From: Azolla caroliniana
Taxonomy: Eukaryota; Plantae; Polypodiophyta
DNA: 64,000 nt
Assembly (NCBI GenBank): GCA_043228905.1
Contig: JBHGNT010000001.1
Location: forward strand, 18,414,001 to 18,478,000
Direction of reading: 5' to 3'
The notes under the pieces were generated by a model. The model was not told the DNA's origin. It ran no database searches and saw only the letters and a list, made by a program, of their open reading frames with translations. Of the stretch, positions 26,688 through 37,996 are shown piece after piece. The position numbers and the translations under genes were made by a program. Numbering within the stretch: position 1 is the first letter of the stretch; the number at the start of each line of letters is the position of its first letter.

Positions 26688-27577
26688 ACGGGACGTTGCG
26701 CTTCATTCAAGACCTACAACCGGTCAACAGAGTGACCATTCGGAACGCAAGAATCGAACCAACGATAGACGAGTTCGCGGAGGCCTTTGCCGGAAGGTCG
26801 ATATACTCGGTCGGGGATCTGTACTCGGGGTACGATCAGTTCCAACTAGCCGTAGAGAGCAGAGACATTACGATGATGCGGACTCCTCTCGGCCTAGTGC
26901 GGATGTGTACCTTGCCACAAGGAGGGACGAACTCGGTGGCCCACATGGTGAACGCGATGAACAAGGTGCTGAGGGACTGTATCCCAGACATCACCATGCC
27001 ATTCTTGGACGACATCCCGATCAAGGGGTGTCCGGTGGAAGAAAAGGACGAAACGATCGGACCGGACGGATGCCGGAAATTCGTGGCGACACACATTGAC
27101 GACTGCGAGAGGGTGCTGCAGAGGCTAGAGGACGCGAGGCTCACCTTCTCCGGGGAGAAATCGACCTTCGGGCAATCAGAGATCATGGTCGTCGGACATC
27201 TATGCGGACCGTATGGCTGGAAACCGTCTCCGGCCAAGCTGGAAGCCATCTCCGCAATGAAGCCCGACTATAACTCGGTCACGGAGGTACGGAGGTTCTT
27301 GGGAGCATGCGCATTCTACCACACATGGATCCTGCATTACGCCCAAGTTGCCGAACCACTATACGGGTTTCTGAAAAAGGGGCGAAGATTCGAGTGGCGG
27401 GACAAGCATACGGAGTCGGTCCGGAAGATGAAGAAGGCTCTTGTTGCAGCTCCAGCACTCCGGAAGGCTGTCTACGAGAAAGGCACTCCCATCTACATAA
27501 CGGTAGATACAAGTCCGACCGGGATCGGATGGGTCGTCAACCAAGAAGATGAGGACGGCATTCGGTTCCCAATCCGG
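26688..27577 (+). pseudogene. G reverse transcriptase/connection segment between insertions I and H
   Basis: LRFIQDLQPVN..DLYSGYDQ..LPQGGTNS..PFLDDI..VRRFLGAC. Confidence 0.9.
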
Positions 27578-27754
27578 TGTCATGAAGTACGAAAGCTTCA
27601 CATTAAAAGTCTACAATAAGATAAATACGTAACTAAAATAACATTTGATAATGTTTTATATATAAAGATAATATTAACAACACATATGATAATATTATAT
27701 ATATGTAAAGAAAAATTATATATATATATATAGATAAGTATATTATATTACACA

Positions 27755-27822
27755 AACAAGAAAGGACTTGAACCAATAACCCCACCCTATGACTCTCAAA
27801 TCTTACCATTTACTCTATACTA
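27755..27822 (-). ncRNA. tRNA-derived A/B-box cassette 1 in LTR of H (copy ~33362-33429)
   Basis: Minus strand: A box TAGAGTAAATGG (27817-27806), B box GGTTCAAGTCC (27774-27764), T-run ~40 nt downstream. Confidence 0.55.
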
Positions 27823-27919
27823 GTAATATATATAAAATAAAACATACTTTATATATACTATATATTACATAAAGGATTTGCTTCATGATATAAAAATAAA
27901 GTTGTATGTTGTATTCAAT

Positions 27920-27989
27920 AATATTTTGAGACTCAAACCCACAACCTCTTACACCAAAGTCAACACACCTACCATTAGGCTAGGTCCTT
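27920..27989 (-). ncRNA. tRNA-derived A/B-box cassette 2 in LTR of H (copy ~33527-33596)
   Basis: Minus strand GGACCTAGCCTAATGGTAGG...GAGGTTGTGGGTTTGAGTCTCA: A box, T-stem/B-box variant, T-run at 27896-27892. Confidence 0.6.
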
Positions 27990-28762
27990 TCTCCTTAAGA
28001 TTATATTTCATGTTTATTGTTATTGCATATATTGTTTCATACATAAAAGCTCAAATGAGCGAGATGTTTATCATGCATCACATGTAATGCATGAACACCA
28101 AATGGCGATCATGCATCACATGCATGTCTTGTACCCTCCAATGCATCATATGCATGGGGGCACCTATTTAAAGGGTGAAAGAGGAGATCAAAGGGAGATG
28201 TGTATGAGATATCAATCAAATATATATTACATAAGAGATATCATAAAATAGAGAAAGAAAGGAAGAAGTCAAGAAAAAGGTGGAGCTCTAGCTTGGCGGT
28301 TGTGGTGGTCAACTCTCAACAAGAGGGAGGCGGTTCGAGCCTTATCTTCATCAAAATATTGAAGTGAAGATTGTAGTGGTCTACGATCAAGAAAGAGAAG
28401 AGCGATTACCTTGCAAGACAAAGTTCGGAGGATCAACGACGTGTACACTCATTTTGTAACTCTTTCATGAAAATGATTATAAATTTCATATACTTTCTCA
28501 TATATTATTTTATATCTTATCTTGTCTTATCTTATATTCCTTAAAAATCCTATTTTGTCATATCTTATTGATCTCTATTCACTCCATCTCTACTCTTTCG
28601 TCTCTTCCGTCCATAATCCCAGTGATTCCTTCCTCACTTTCACGTTATCCTTTGTGTGCGCAACGCTATGCTTCTAGGCGAGCCACGTCACGACACAATT
28701 TGGTGAACCCGACGTGAAATGGGGAAGTAGAAGAGACATCTAAAGTAAAGATCAACACCAAC

Positions 28763-29446
28763 ATGGCAAGTACGAGTACAATGGATCCGGTAATGTTGTT
28801 TATTGAAAAGTTGAATCAAGATCGATTATTTCATGCCTTACGAGAAGTCCGAGAGAAGATTGGTATGTTTGATGGCACAAATATTTTGAAGTATGTGAAT
28901 ATATATTATGATGAAATGGAAATGTTTGGTATAAATGATGTCAATATCATAGCAAACTTTTATAAATTAGTGGACATGGAATTAAGAGATAGAATTCATG
29001 AAATACAAGCATTGCATAGTTTGGATTGGAATGCATTCAAAGAAGCACTTGTGTCTGAATATGCTCGTGAGGATTTCTCTCGAGTTACTATGTGTTCATT
29101 TCATGAATGGATCTTAAAAGAAGATAAAGGGTTATCTGTGTCTGACACAAAAAAAGAGTTTGATAGGATGTATGGACACCTAAAGCCAGAAGAAAGAAAT
29201 TCTTTGTCTTGGCAAAAGGTTGCTTTATTTTTGCAGGCAATTGACAAGAGATATAGAAAAGAATTGGAATTCATGCTTGAAGTACCAAATACTGAGGATG
29301 GTATAAATGAAGATTGGAATGAGGTAACAAATGCTAGTAATAAATTTATGAAAAGAATGCAAAGGAATGGTGCAATGCTACAAATACCACATGTGGGAAT
29401 CAGAAATCGGCTTGAGCAAAACATCGAAGTTCAAAGACTTGGTTGA
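28763..29446 (+). pseudogene. H gag (C-terminally deleted)
   Basis: GMFDGTNILKY..WNAFKEAL..VALFLQAID aligns with G gag; no zinc knuckle; jumps to protease C-terminus. Confidence 0.8.
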
Positions 29447-29614
29447 GAACCATCACACGAAATGGTCCATCTACCTATCCAATAATCTTGGGGTAACCAT
29501 ACATTACAGCGGTACGAATGGAGACCAAAGTCCTCGACAATGGTTCTGCCTATGCAAAAATCCGTAGCCAAGATGGACGACGAACTGTACAATTTATGAC
29601 AGTTCGCCCAAATC

Positions 29615-32600
29615 ATGAGAGGAACAAGCAAGAGCTTCGTGATCATTCAATACCAAAAGACTATGATGATTTTGATAATCAGGTTTTTGACTAGGACTGT
29701 TGTGAGTGAGGGTTGCAATAGTCCCATTATTAAAAGACCCTCATATAGGGCATTACAACATATGAATAAGTCATTTCATGTTTCTGAAAGTGGTGCTATA
29801 TGTGTGACTAGGATGTATGAATGCAAGAGGAACTTGAAAAAGAATGCTAATCTGTTTCAGCAGGCATTGAAGGATAATGGAGTACTTGAAATGGAAGAGC
29901 AGATTGAAAGTGTTATGGAAGAAATTTCTTTTGCAAATACTTTAGAAGAGTTAGAAATGTATTTGAAAGAAGATGATGAGAATGTTAGAAAGATACATGT
30001 AAACTCAATTGATATGTATTGTGAGATTGAAAGGTATAATTGTAAATATGAAGTAGAAAGTTTATGTAATACAAAATACAAAACAATAGATAAAAAGGTC
30101 AAACCTGTTGCAGTACCATTACCTATTGGTAGTGAAGAGAAGATGGAGGCAGCAACAACCGAGCCTATGCTTCGACCAATAGAGAAGATCGGACATCACT
30201 TCACTTCAGAGACAATAAATAACTTCAGAATCGGAAGGGGTGAATTTCTTCTGCAATCAGAGATCGTGACTTTCAAAGAAATGATCTTTAGGCATGGGAA
30301 AGCGTTCGCATTCAAAGCTGAGGAGATTGGTTGTGTAAATCCAAAGGTGGTGACGCCAATGGTAATATTTACTATCCCTCATATTCCTTGGAATTTTAAA
30401 CCTATTGCAGTACCGAGAGCTCGATTACCTCAATTGTTGGAGTTGCTGAAGGATAAAGTCAAGATGAAGATTTTAGAGCCTTCAAATGCACCATACTTCA
30501 ATAGATGGTTCACAGTTCCAAAGAAAGATGGTTCTCTAAGATTCATTCAAGATCTACAACCAGTCAACAAAGTCACAATCCGAAATGCGGGAATTGGACC
30601 GATCGTTGATGAATTTGCGGAAGCGTTTGCTGGAAGAGCGATTTACTCTATGGGAGACCTATATTCAGGATACGACTAATTTCAACTAGCAATTGATAGT
30701 CACAACATCACAACAATGAAAACACCAATTGGGTTGGTTCGAATGTGCACTCTACCTCAAGGTGCGACGAATTCGGTTGCTCATATGATGAATGCAATGA
30801 ACAAAGTTCTACATGAATACATCCCAAAGGTAACTATGCCAGTTTTAGATGATATTCCTATTAAGGGATGCTTAGAAAGAGAGAAAGATGAGACTATGGT
30901 TGGAAATGGTTGCAGAAAGTTTGTGATGGATCACATTAATGACTGTGAAAGTATTTTAAATAAGCTTGAGCAGGTACATTTAACACTATCAGGAACAAAG
31001 TCTTGCTTTGGGCAAAACGAAGTTCTAATAGTTGGTCATATGTGTGGGTGGTATGGGAGGAAGCCTTCACCGATCAAAATTAACGCAATACAAAATATGA
31101 AGGAAGTTTGCGACTCGGTAACAGAGGTGAGAAGATTTTTGGGTGCATGTGTGTTTTATCATATTTGGTTACCACACTTTGCACATGTCTCAGATCCTCT
31201 CTACCAACTTTTAAGAAAAGGAAAGAAGTTTATTTGGACTGATGAACATACACAAGTTGTTCAACAACTGAAAGAAGCATTATTGAAAGCACCAGTTCTT
31301 CGTCAACCAGACTACAAAGGTGAAAGACCAATTATAGTAACAGTTGATACTAGCCCAATCGGGATCGGTTGGGTTATCAACCAAGAAGATGAAGACCAAC
31401 ATCGATATGCTATCAGATTTGGAGCAAAGATATTAAATGAAAGACAAAGAAACTATGCAGAAGTTAAACGAGAATTGTGGGGTTTGCTTACTGCATTAAA
31501 AACAGATAGAGATTACTTGATCGAAGCAGATGTAGTGGTTGAAACAGATTGTTTGCCACTCATTGGAATGATAGCAAGTTGCACGACACCAGATATTGCA
31601 ATGCTTCGGTGGATTGCATACATAAGAACCATGAACCCAGAATTGCGGCATATAAAGGGAAAAGACAACCCACTTGCAGATATGCTATCAAGGGCAAGGT
31701 TCATAAATGAAAAGGTGATGCAAACTGAAGATAAGAACTGCGCAACTACAAGCCATCAATTTGCTCATCAAGAATCTATTACGCCTCATGATGAGTTTAA
31801 TGTAAGTATAATGTTCAAAGACACAGAGTATGAAGGTCAATGGTTAGAAATAGGAAATTTTCTAAAGACTCAAGAAGCCAACCCATCATGGTCGAAGAAA
31901 CAATTAAATGAATTTCGAAGACGAGCATTCAAGTTTTTTTTACATGAAGGGCATTTATGGAGGCGTCCAAAAAGGCCAACCGAAAATCCTCTTCGAGTCA
32001 TTTGTAAGGATGACATTAAGAGAAAATTAATTAATGAATTCCATGATAGTTTGTGGGTAGGACATAGAGGCATATGGGCGACATTTATGAAGTTGAAAGA
32101 AAAGTATTGGTGGCCACATATGTATAAAGATGTAACGAAATTTGTGGAAACCTGTGAGGTTTGCCAGAGGTATTCAACTATCCGGTATCGAGATGAGCTA
32201 AAACCAACATATTCATCATCAATGCATTATAAATGGATGGTTGATTTAGTGACAATGCCACTTGGGGAAGGTCAAATGCGATATTTAGTACTAGCAAGAG
32301 AAGACCTTACAAACCAAGTAGAAGGAAGACCACTACGACAAAAAACAACTAGAGCTGTATGTAAATTTTTATTAGAAGATGTAATATGTCGTTACGAGTG
32401 TGTTGGTAAAATAATTGCAGATAGAGGAGAACTCGACTCTGATGAAGCTAGAGATTTCTTCAGCCGAATAGGGGTCAAATTATCACTTACAACTGCGTAT
32501 AATCCAGAAGCCAATGGAAAGATTGAAAGAGGACGTAGCCCAATAGTTAAGGCGATCGTGAAAAGCTGTAAAGGTAAAATAAGAGATTGGCCACGCATGC

Positions 32601-33142
32601 TACCTTATGCACTATGGGCGGATTGAACAACTCATAGTTCAGTAACAGGATACATGCTAGCTGAATTGATACCTGGCCAAAAGCCCATCATGCCGATAGA
32701 AGAATCAATTATGTCATGGATATCTATTCCATGGAGAGAAGAGGTGAGCAGAGAAGAATTACTTGCTTTGCGAATTCAACAATTAGAGCGTCGACCTGAA
32801 GATATAGAAATAGCAGCCCAACGATTGAAGGAGGCTCAACTAAAGAATAAAATCCGTTTTGATAAAACTCATAACATTCGACCTAAGAAAATAGAAGAAG
32901 GAGATTGGGTGCTCGTGTATGATAACAGTTTAGATAATCAACATAGCACCGTCTGCAAGTTTGCTGAAAGATGGTTTGGGCCTTATATAGTAAGAAAAGT
33001 ATATGATAACTTTACTTATAAGCTTAGTGAATTGGATGGGACACTAATCCTAAACGTGGTAGCTGGAAAGAGGATAAAAGTATTTAAGAAAAGGTTTGAG
33101 CTTGAACCTCCTCCAATAGATCAACATGAAGATGAAAGATAG
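29615..33142 (+). pseudogene. H pol (RT, RH, INT) with two in-frame stops
   Basis: ORFs 29615-30679, 30716-32626 and 32654-33142 are in one frame, separated by stops at YD*F and WAD*T. Confidence 0.92.
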
Positions 33143-34301
33143 TGGCACATGCCGGAGGATGTGCAGGTCTAGAGGGGGTGGATGTCGTGAAGTACGAAAG
33201 CTTCACATTAAAAGTCTACAATAAGATAAATACGTAACTAAAATAACATTTGATAATGTTTTATATATAAAGATAATATTAACAACACATATGATAATAT
33301 TATATATATGTAAATAAAAATTATATATATATATATAGATAAGTATATTATATTACACGAACAAGAAAGGACTTGAACCAATAACCCCACCCTATGACTC
33401 TCAAATCTTACCATTTACTCTATACTAGTAATATATATAAAATAAAACATACTTTATATATACTATATATTACATAAAGGATTTGCTTCATGATATAAAA
33501 ATAAAGTTGTATGTTGTATTCAATAGTATTTTGAGACTCAAACCCACAACCTCATACACCAAAGTCAACACACCTACCATTAGGCTAGGTCCTTTCTCCT
33601 TAAGATTATATTTTCATGTTTATTGTTATTGCATATATTGTTTCATACATAAAAGCTCAAATGAGCGAGATGTTTATCATGCATCACATGTAATGCATGA
33701 ACGCCAAATGGCGATCATGCATCACATGCATGTCTTGTACCCTCCAATGCATCATATGCATGGGGGCACCTATTTAAAGGGTGAAAGAGGAGATCAAAGG
33801 GAGATGTGTATGAGATATCAATCAAATATATATTACATAAGAGATATCATAAAATAGAGAAAGAAAGGAAGAAGTCAAGAAAAAGGTGGAGCTCTAGCTT
33901 GGCGGTCGTGGTGGTCAACTCTCAACAAGAGGGAGGCGGTTCGAGCCTTATCTTCATCAAAATATTGAAGTGAAGATTGTAGTGGTCTACGATCAAGAAA
34001 GAGAAGAGCGATTACCTTGCAAGACAAAGTTCGGAGGATCAACGACGTGTACAATCATTTTGTAACTCTTTCATGAAAATGATTATAAATTTCATACACT
34101 TTCTCATATATTATTTTATATCTTATCTTGTCTTATCTTATATTCCTTAAAAATCCTATTTTGTCATATCTTATTGATCTCTATTCACTCCATCTCTACT
34201 CTTTCGTCTCTTCCGTCCATAATCCTAGTGATTCCTTCCTCACTTTCACATTATCCTTTGTGTGCACAACGCTACGCTTCTAGGCGAGCCATGTCACGAC
34301 A

Positions 34302-36144
34302 CCGGTTCGGTGCGAAGGTCCTCAGCGAGCGACAACGACGATACGCCCAGGTTAAACGCGAACTCTGGGGTATCATTTCGGTAGTGAAGGCCAATAAAGA
34401 CTATCTGATCGGGACAGAGGTGATTATCAAGACGGACTGCCTGCCGATTCTCGGCATGGTTTCTGGATGCGCAACCCCGGACCTGGCAATGCTCAGGTGG
34501 ATAGCGTACATCAAGTCCCTGGATCCGGAAATACGACACATTTCCGGGAAAGACAATGCCATGGCCGACATGCTTTCAAGGGCGCGATTTGACGACGAGG
34601 GAGGCATGGTTTCGGAAGACGAGGAAGTCGGCGTGGACTTGTTCGAGGCGGCTTACGTAACAACCGAGGGAGGGAGCACTCCGGCACTTAACGATTTCAA
34701 CGAGAGCAAGTACGACGGGGAGTGGCTGCAGATTGGGGGATTCTTGAGGACGATGACGCCGGACGCGTCATGGACAAAGGACGAGGCCAACCGGATCAGG
34801 AAGAAAGCGTACCGATTCTTTCTCCGGGACGGATACTTGTGGAAGCACCCGAAGAAGAGAAACGGCATCCCACTCCCAGTAGTGGCAATGAAGGAGGAAC
34901 AGGAGGAGTTGCTGAAGGCCTACCACGACAACCCCTAGGCTGGGCACCATGGGACGTGGGCCACGTTCGAGAAACTAAAGGGGAAGTACTGGTGGCCGGG
35001 ACTGTACCGGGACGTGCATCGGTTCGTGACAACTTGTGAGAGCTGTCAGATGCACTCCATAGTCCGACATCGGGACGAGCTTCACCCTACTTACCCTCCG
35101 GCCATCCATTTCAAATGGATGGTAGATTTGGTGACAATGCCGATGGGCGTAGGGCAAATGCGATATCTATTGTTGGCCTGGGAGGACCTGACGAACCAAG
35201 TGGAAGGCCGAGCCCTGCAGAACAAAACGACTGCGGCCGTGTGTCGGTTCCTGATCGAGGACGTGATATGCCGGTACGGGTGCGTCGGAAAGATCGTGGC
35301 TGACCGCGGGGAGTTGGACGCCGAAGAGGCCGAGGAGCTGTTCGACCGGTTAGGGGTCAAGCTCTCGCTCACCACAGCATACAATCCGGAGGCAAATGGG
35401 AAGGTGGAGCCCGGGCACGGACCAATCGTCAAAGCGCTAGTCCGGGCGTGCGAAGGACAGGTCGGGAACTGGCCACGACTGTTACCCTATGCCTTGTGGG
35501 CGGACCGGACAACGCACAGTTCGGTAACCAGGTTCATGCCGTCAGAGCTCATGTTTGGACAGAAGCCGATCATGCCGATGGAACGGACGATCTCCTCTTG
35601 GGCGACAGTAGACTGGAGAGATGAGATGGGTCGGGAAGAACTGCTAGCGGCGCGTATACGGCAGCTCGAGCGGAGGCCAGAGGATGTGGAACGAGCGGCG
35701 GAGAGACTTCGGACGGCGAGGATGAAGAACAAAGCCCAGTTCGACCGAACGCACCGGCTCCGACCGAAGAAAATCGAGGAAGGCGATTGGGTGCTAGTCT
35801 ACGACCGCAGCCTCGACAACCAGCACCGAGCAACGCGGAAATTTGCGAAGCGGTGGTTCGGGCCTTACGTGGTAACGAGTGCCAATGACAACGGGACGTA
35901 TCACCTGGTGGAGCTCGACGGTACGAGGATGGCGATACCGGTAGCAGGGAAGCGGATCAAAGCGTTCAAGAAGCGTCACGACGGCGAACCGGATCTAAGA
36001 GGCCTAGGCAGCGAAGACGAACAGTCCGAAACAGAGGACGAACCGATGGACGAAGAAATGGAACCCGGGCCGGTTTTCTCCGACCAGAACCCAATTTTGG
36101 CGCATACCGGTGGATGCACGGTTAGGTGGCGGCGGATGTCGTGA
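34302..36144 (+). pseudogene. G RNase H C-part and integrase
   Basis: RQRRYAQVKRELWG, ADMLSR, zinc-binding H..C2 region, KWMVDLV, ADRGE, GPY motif. Confidence 0.92.
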
Positions 36145-37996
36145 AGAAAACCGTCCCTTGGCGCAATCGGTGCATAGCGCGCGTGAACCAGCTCTTCACA
36201 CGTGCGCGCCCTTAATGTATATAATAGAGATTAAGTACGTAGGTATATCCGGGGTAGTTAGATTCGGTAGGTAGGACGTAAATGAGGGGGGGGACAGCTC
36301 CCATCTGGACGCTATAAAGGAGAAGGAGACGCAGAGAGAAAGGGATCGCGCATTAGGGAGGACGAAGTGCTGTCGGACCGAAAACGGAACGCTTCTCCTC
36401 AGATTCGTTCTCCATCGCTCTTCTCTACAGGGTTTTCGGGAGGCTCGCACTGCTTCGAGGAACGCCCGTGTGCTTCCGGCAGCACCTCCACCCTTTCCCC
36501 CTTTCGTGCGTAGACGAACAGGCATCGACATCTGTTCGCCGGCCTGTTCGGTTGTAACCGTTCGCGTGCTCCGTTGTGTATTTGGTATTCGTTAATATAC
36601 AAACACTTGTGTGTCCCTGTCTCTGTGTCCATTCGCGTCTTCTGTGTTGACGGGCCGTGCCCCCCCCCCCCCCCCTGCGTTTCTTTGCTCATACGTGACC
36701 GGGCGTCTCTCTCTTTCTCTTTCCCCTTCTATCACCTGCTCTTCGGTTCAAGACCCCGGTGGTCCCGCCTCGTTTCTCCACGCACGCGCGTAAGAACGCG
36801 ACAACGTATAGATGAAAAGAAACGTCTAACGGTCTGAAGCCGGAACTTTTGCCTGCTCGAAGGAATACTGTACCATAAGGGAAGCGGCGGCATCTGGGGA
36901 GCGTGGTATTAAGAGAAGCTTACTGCGGAATACCAAGGCATCACTATGCATGGGAGGCAACCGCACGAAAGATATGGCAAGGAGGACTCTGGTGGCTGAC
37001 GACAGAAAAGGATGCCCACACATATTGTAAAGAATGCGACCTATGTCAATGAATGGGCCAACCAACAGAGTTAGCATGGATGCCTCATCAACCAGTGCTG
37101 CCACTGGAGCCAATCCAGAAATGGGGTCTTTATTTCGTCAGACCATTTACTCCAGCCTAGTGGCTACAGACTAATGTACGAAATGGGTCGAAGCAAAAGC
37201 ATTACGAGATAACACGGAGGTATCCATGGCAAGATTCTTATACAAGCAGATCTAGTGCCGTTTTGGCTGCTATATAGAGCTAATCAACAACCAAGGAAGC
37301 TATTTCCTCAACATAGTAATTCACGAGCTCACCGACCATTATGTCATAGTTCACATGAAAAGCACGTCGTATTATCCACATGCCAATGGACTCGCAGAAT
37401 CGACGAACAAAATTCTCCAGAACCTCCTAAAGAAAATCGTCAACGACAACCTCACGGATTGGGACACTAAACTGCACAGTGCCCTATGGGTGTACCACAC
37501 CAGTTTCAAGACCAGTATCCCATCGACTCCATTCCGGCTTCCAACGGAAGGCATTCGTGGATCAACACCCCGACACCAACGAGAATTGGTTTAAACTTGG
37601 AAAAGTTGTCCTAGTGTTCTAAACACGCATGGGACAGATGCCAAGTAAACTATGATTCAGATGGACCAGACCTTGTTGGATTATAGGCATAAAAAATGGG
37701 ACATTCGAGCTGGGCACTCTTGCAGGAGAAGTATTATGCCAAAAGGTCAACGGGTTTCGACTGAAGCCGTATTGGGGCACCACACCGCTGAACCCTTTTT
37801 GGGTCAATGCAAAAAACGGGCCCACTTCCATGACGGCTACCGAGCAGAATGGTCACAAGCCACATTAAACGTGGTCCTACTGGTAAAAATGGAACACTAG
37901 TGTGCTATAAGGACACTCATAACCATTAAGCCACGACTATTTAAGAGGTTACATGCAGACACAACTTCCAAGAAAAGAAGTACACATGTCTACACA

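Larger units (their letters stand above)
27578..34301 (+). mobile_element. Ty3/gypsy element H (LTRs 27578-28695 and 33183-34301), AT-rich relative of G
   Basis: Paired ~1118-bp LTRs, 4-bp TSD CCGG (removal restores PIRFGAK in G), Trp PBS 28701-28718, PPT AGAGGGGGTGGA. Confidence 0.95.
19644..36803 (+). mobile_element. Ty3/gypsy element G (LTRs 19644-20312 and 36137-36803), interrupted by I and H
   Basis: Paired ~668-bp LTRs TGTCG..CGACA, 4-bp TSD ACGT, Trp PBS; gag CCHC CMWCDEVGHIRKDC, PR ALVDHGSEINL, RT DLYSGYDQ..FLDD, RH TVDTSP, INT 35014-36144. Confidence 0.95.

Noticed and set aside
26582-27619. 345-aa ORF as an LTR-RT fusion gene
   Set aside because: Chance read-through from the I LTR into G RT and out into the H LTR
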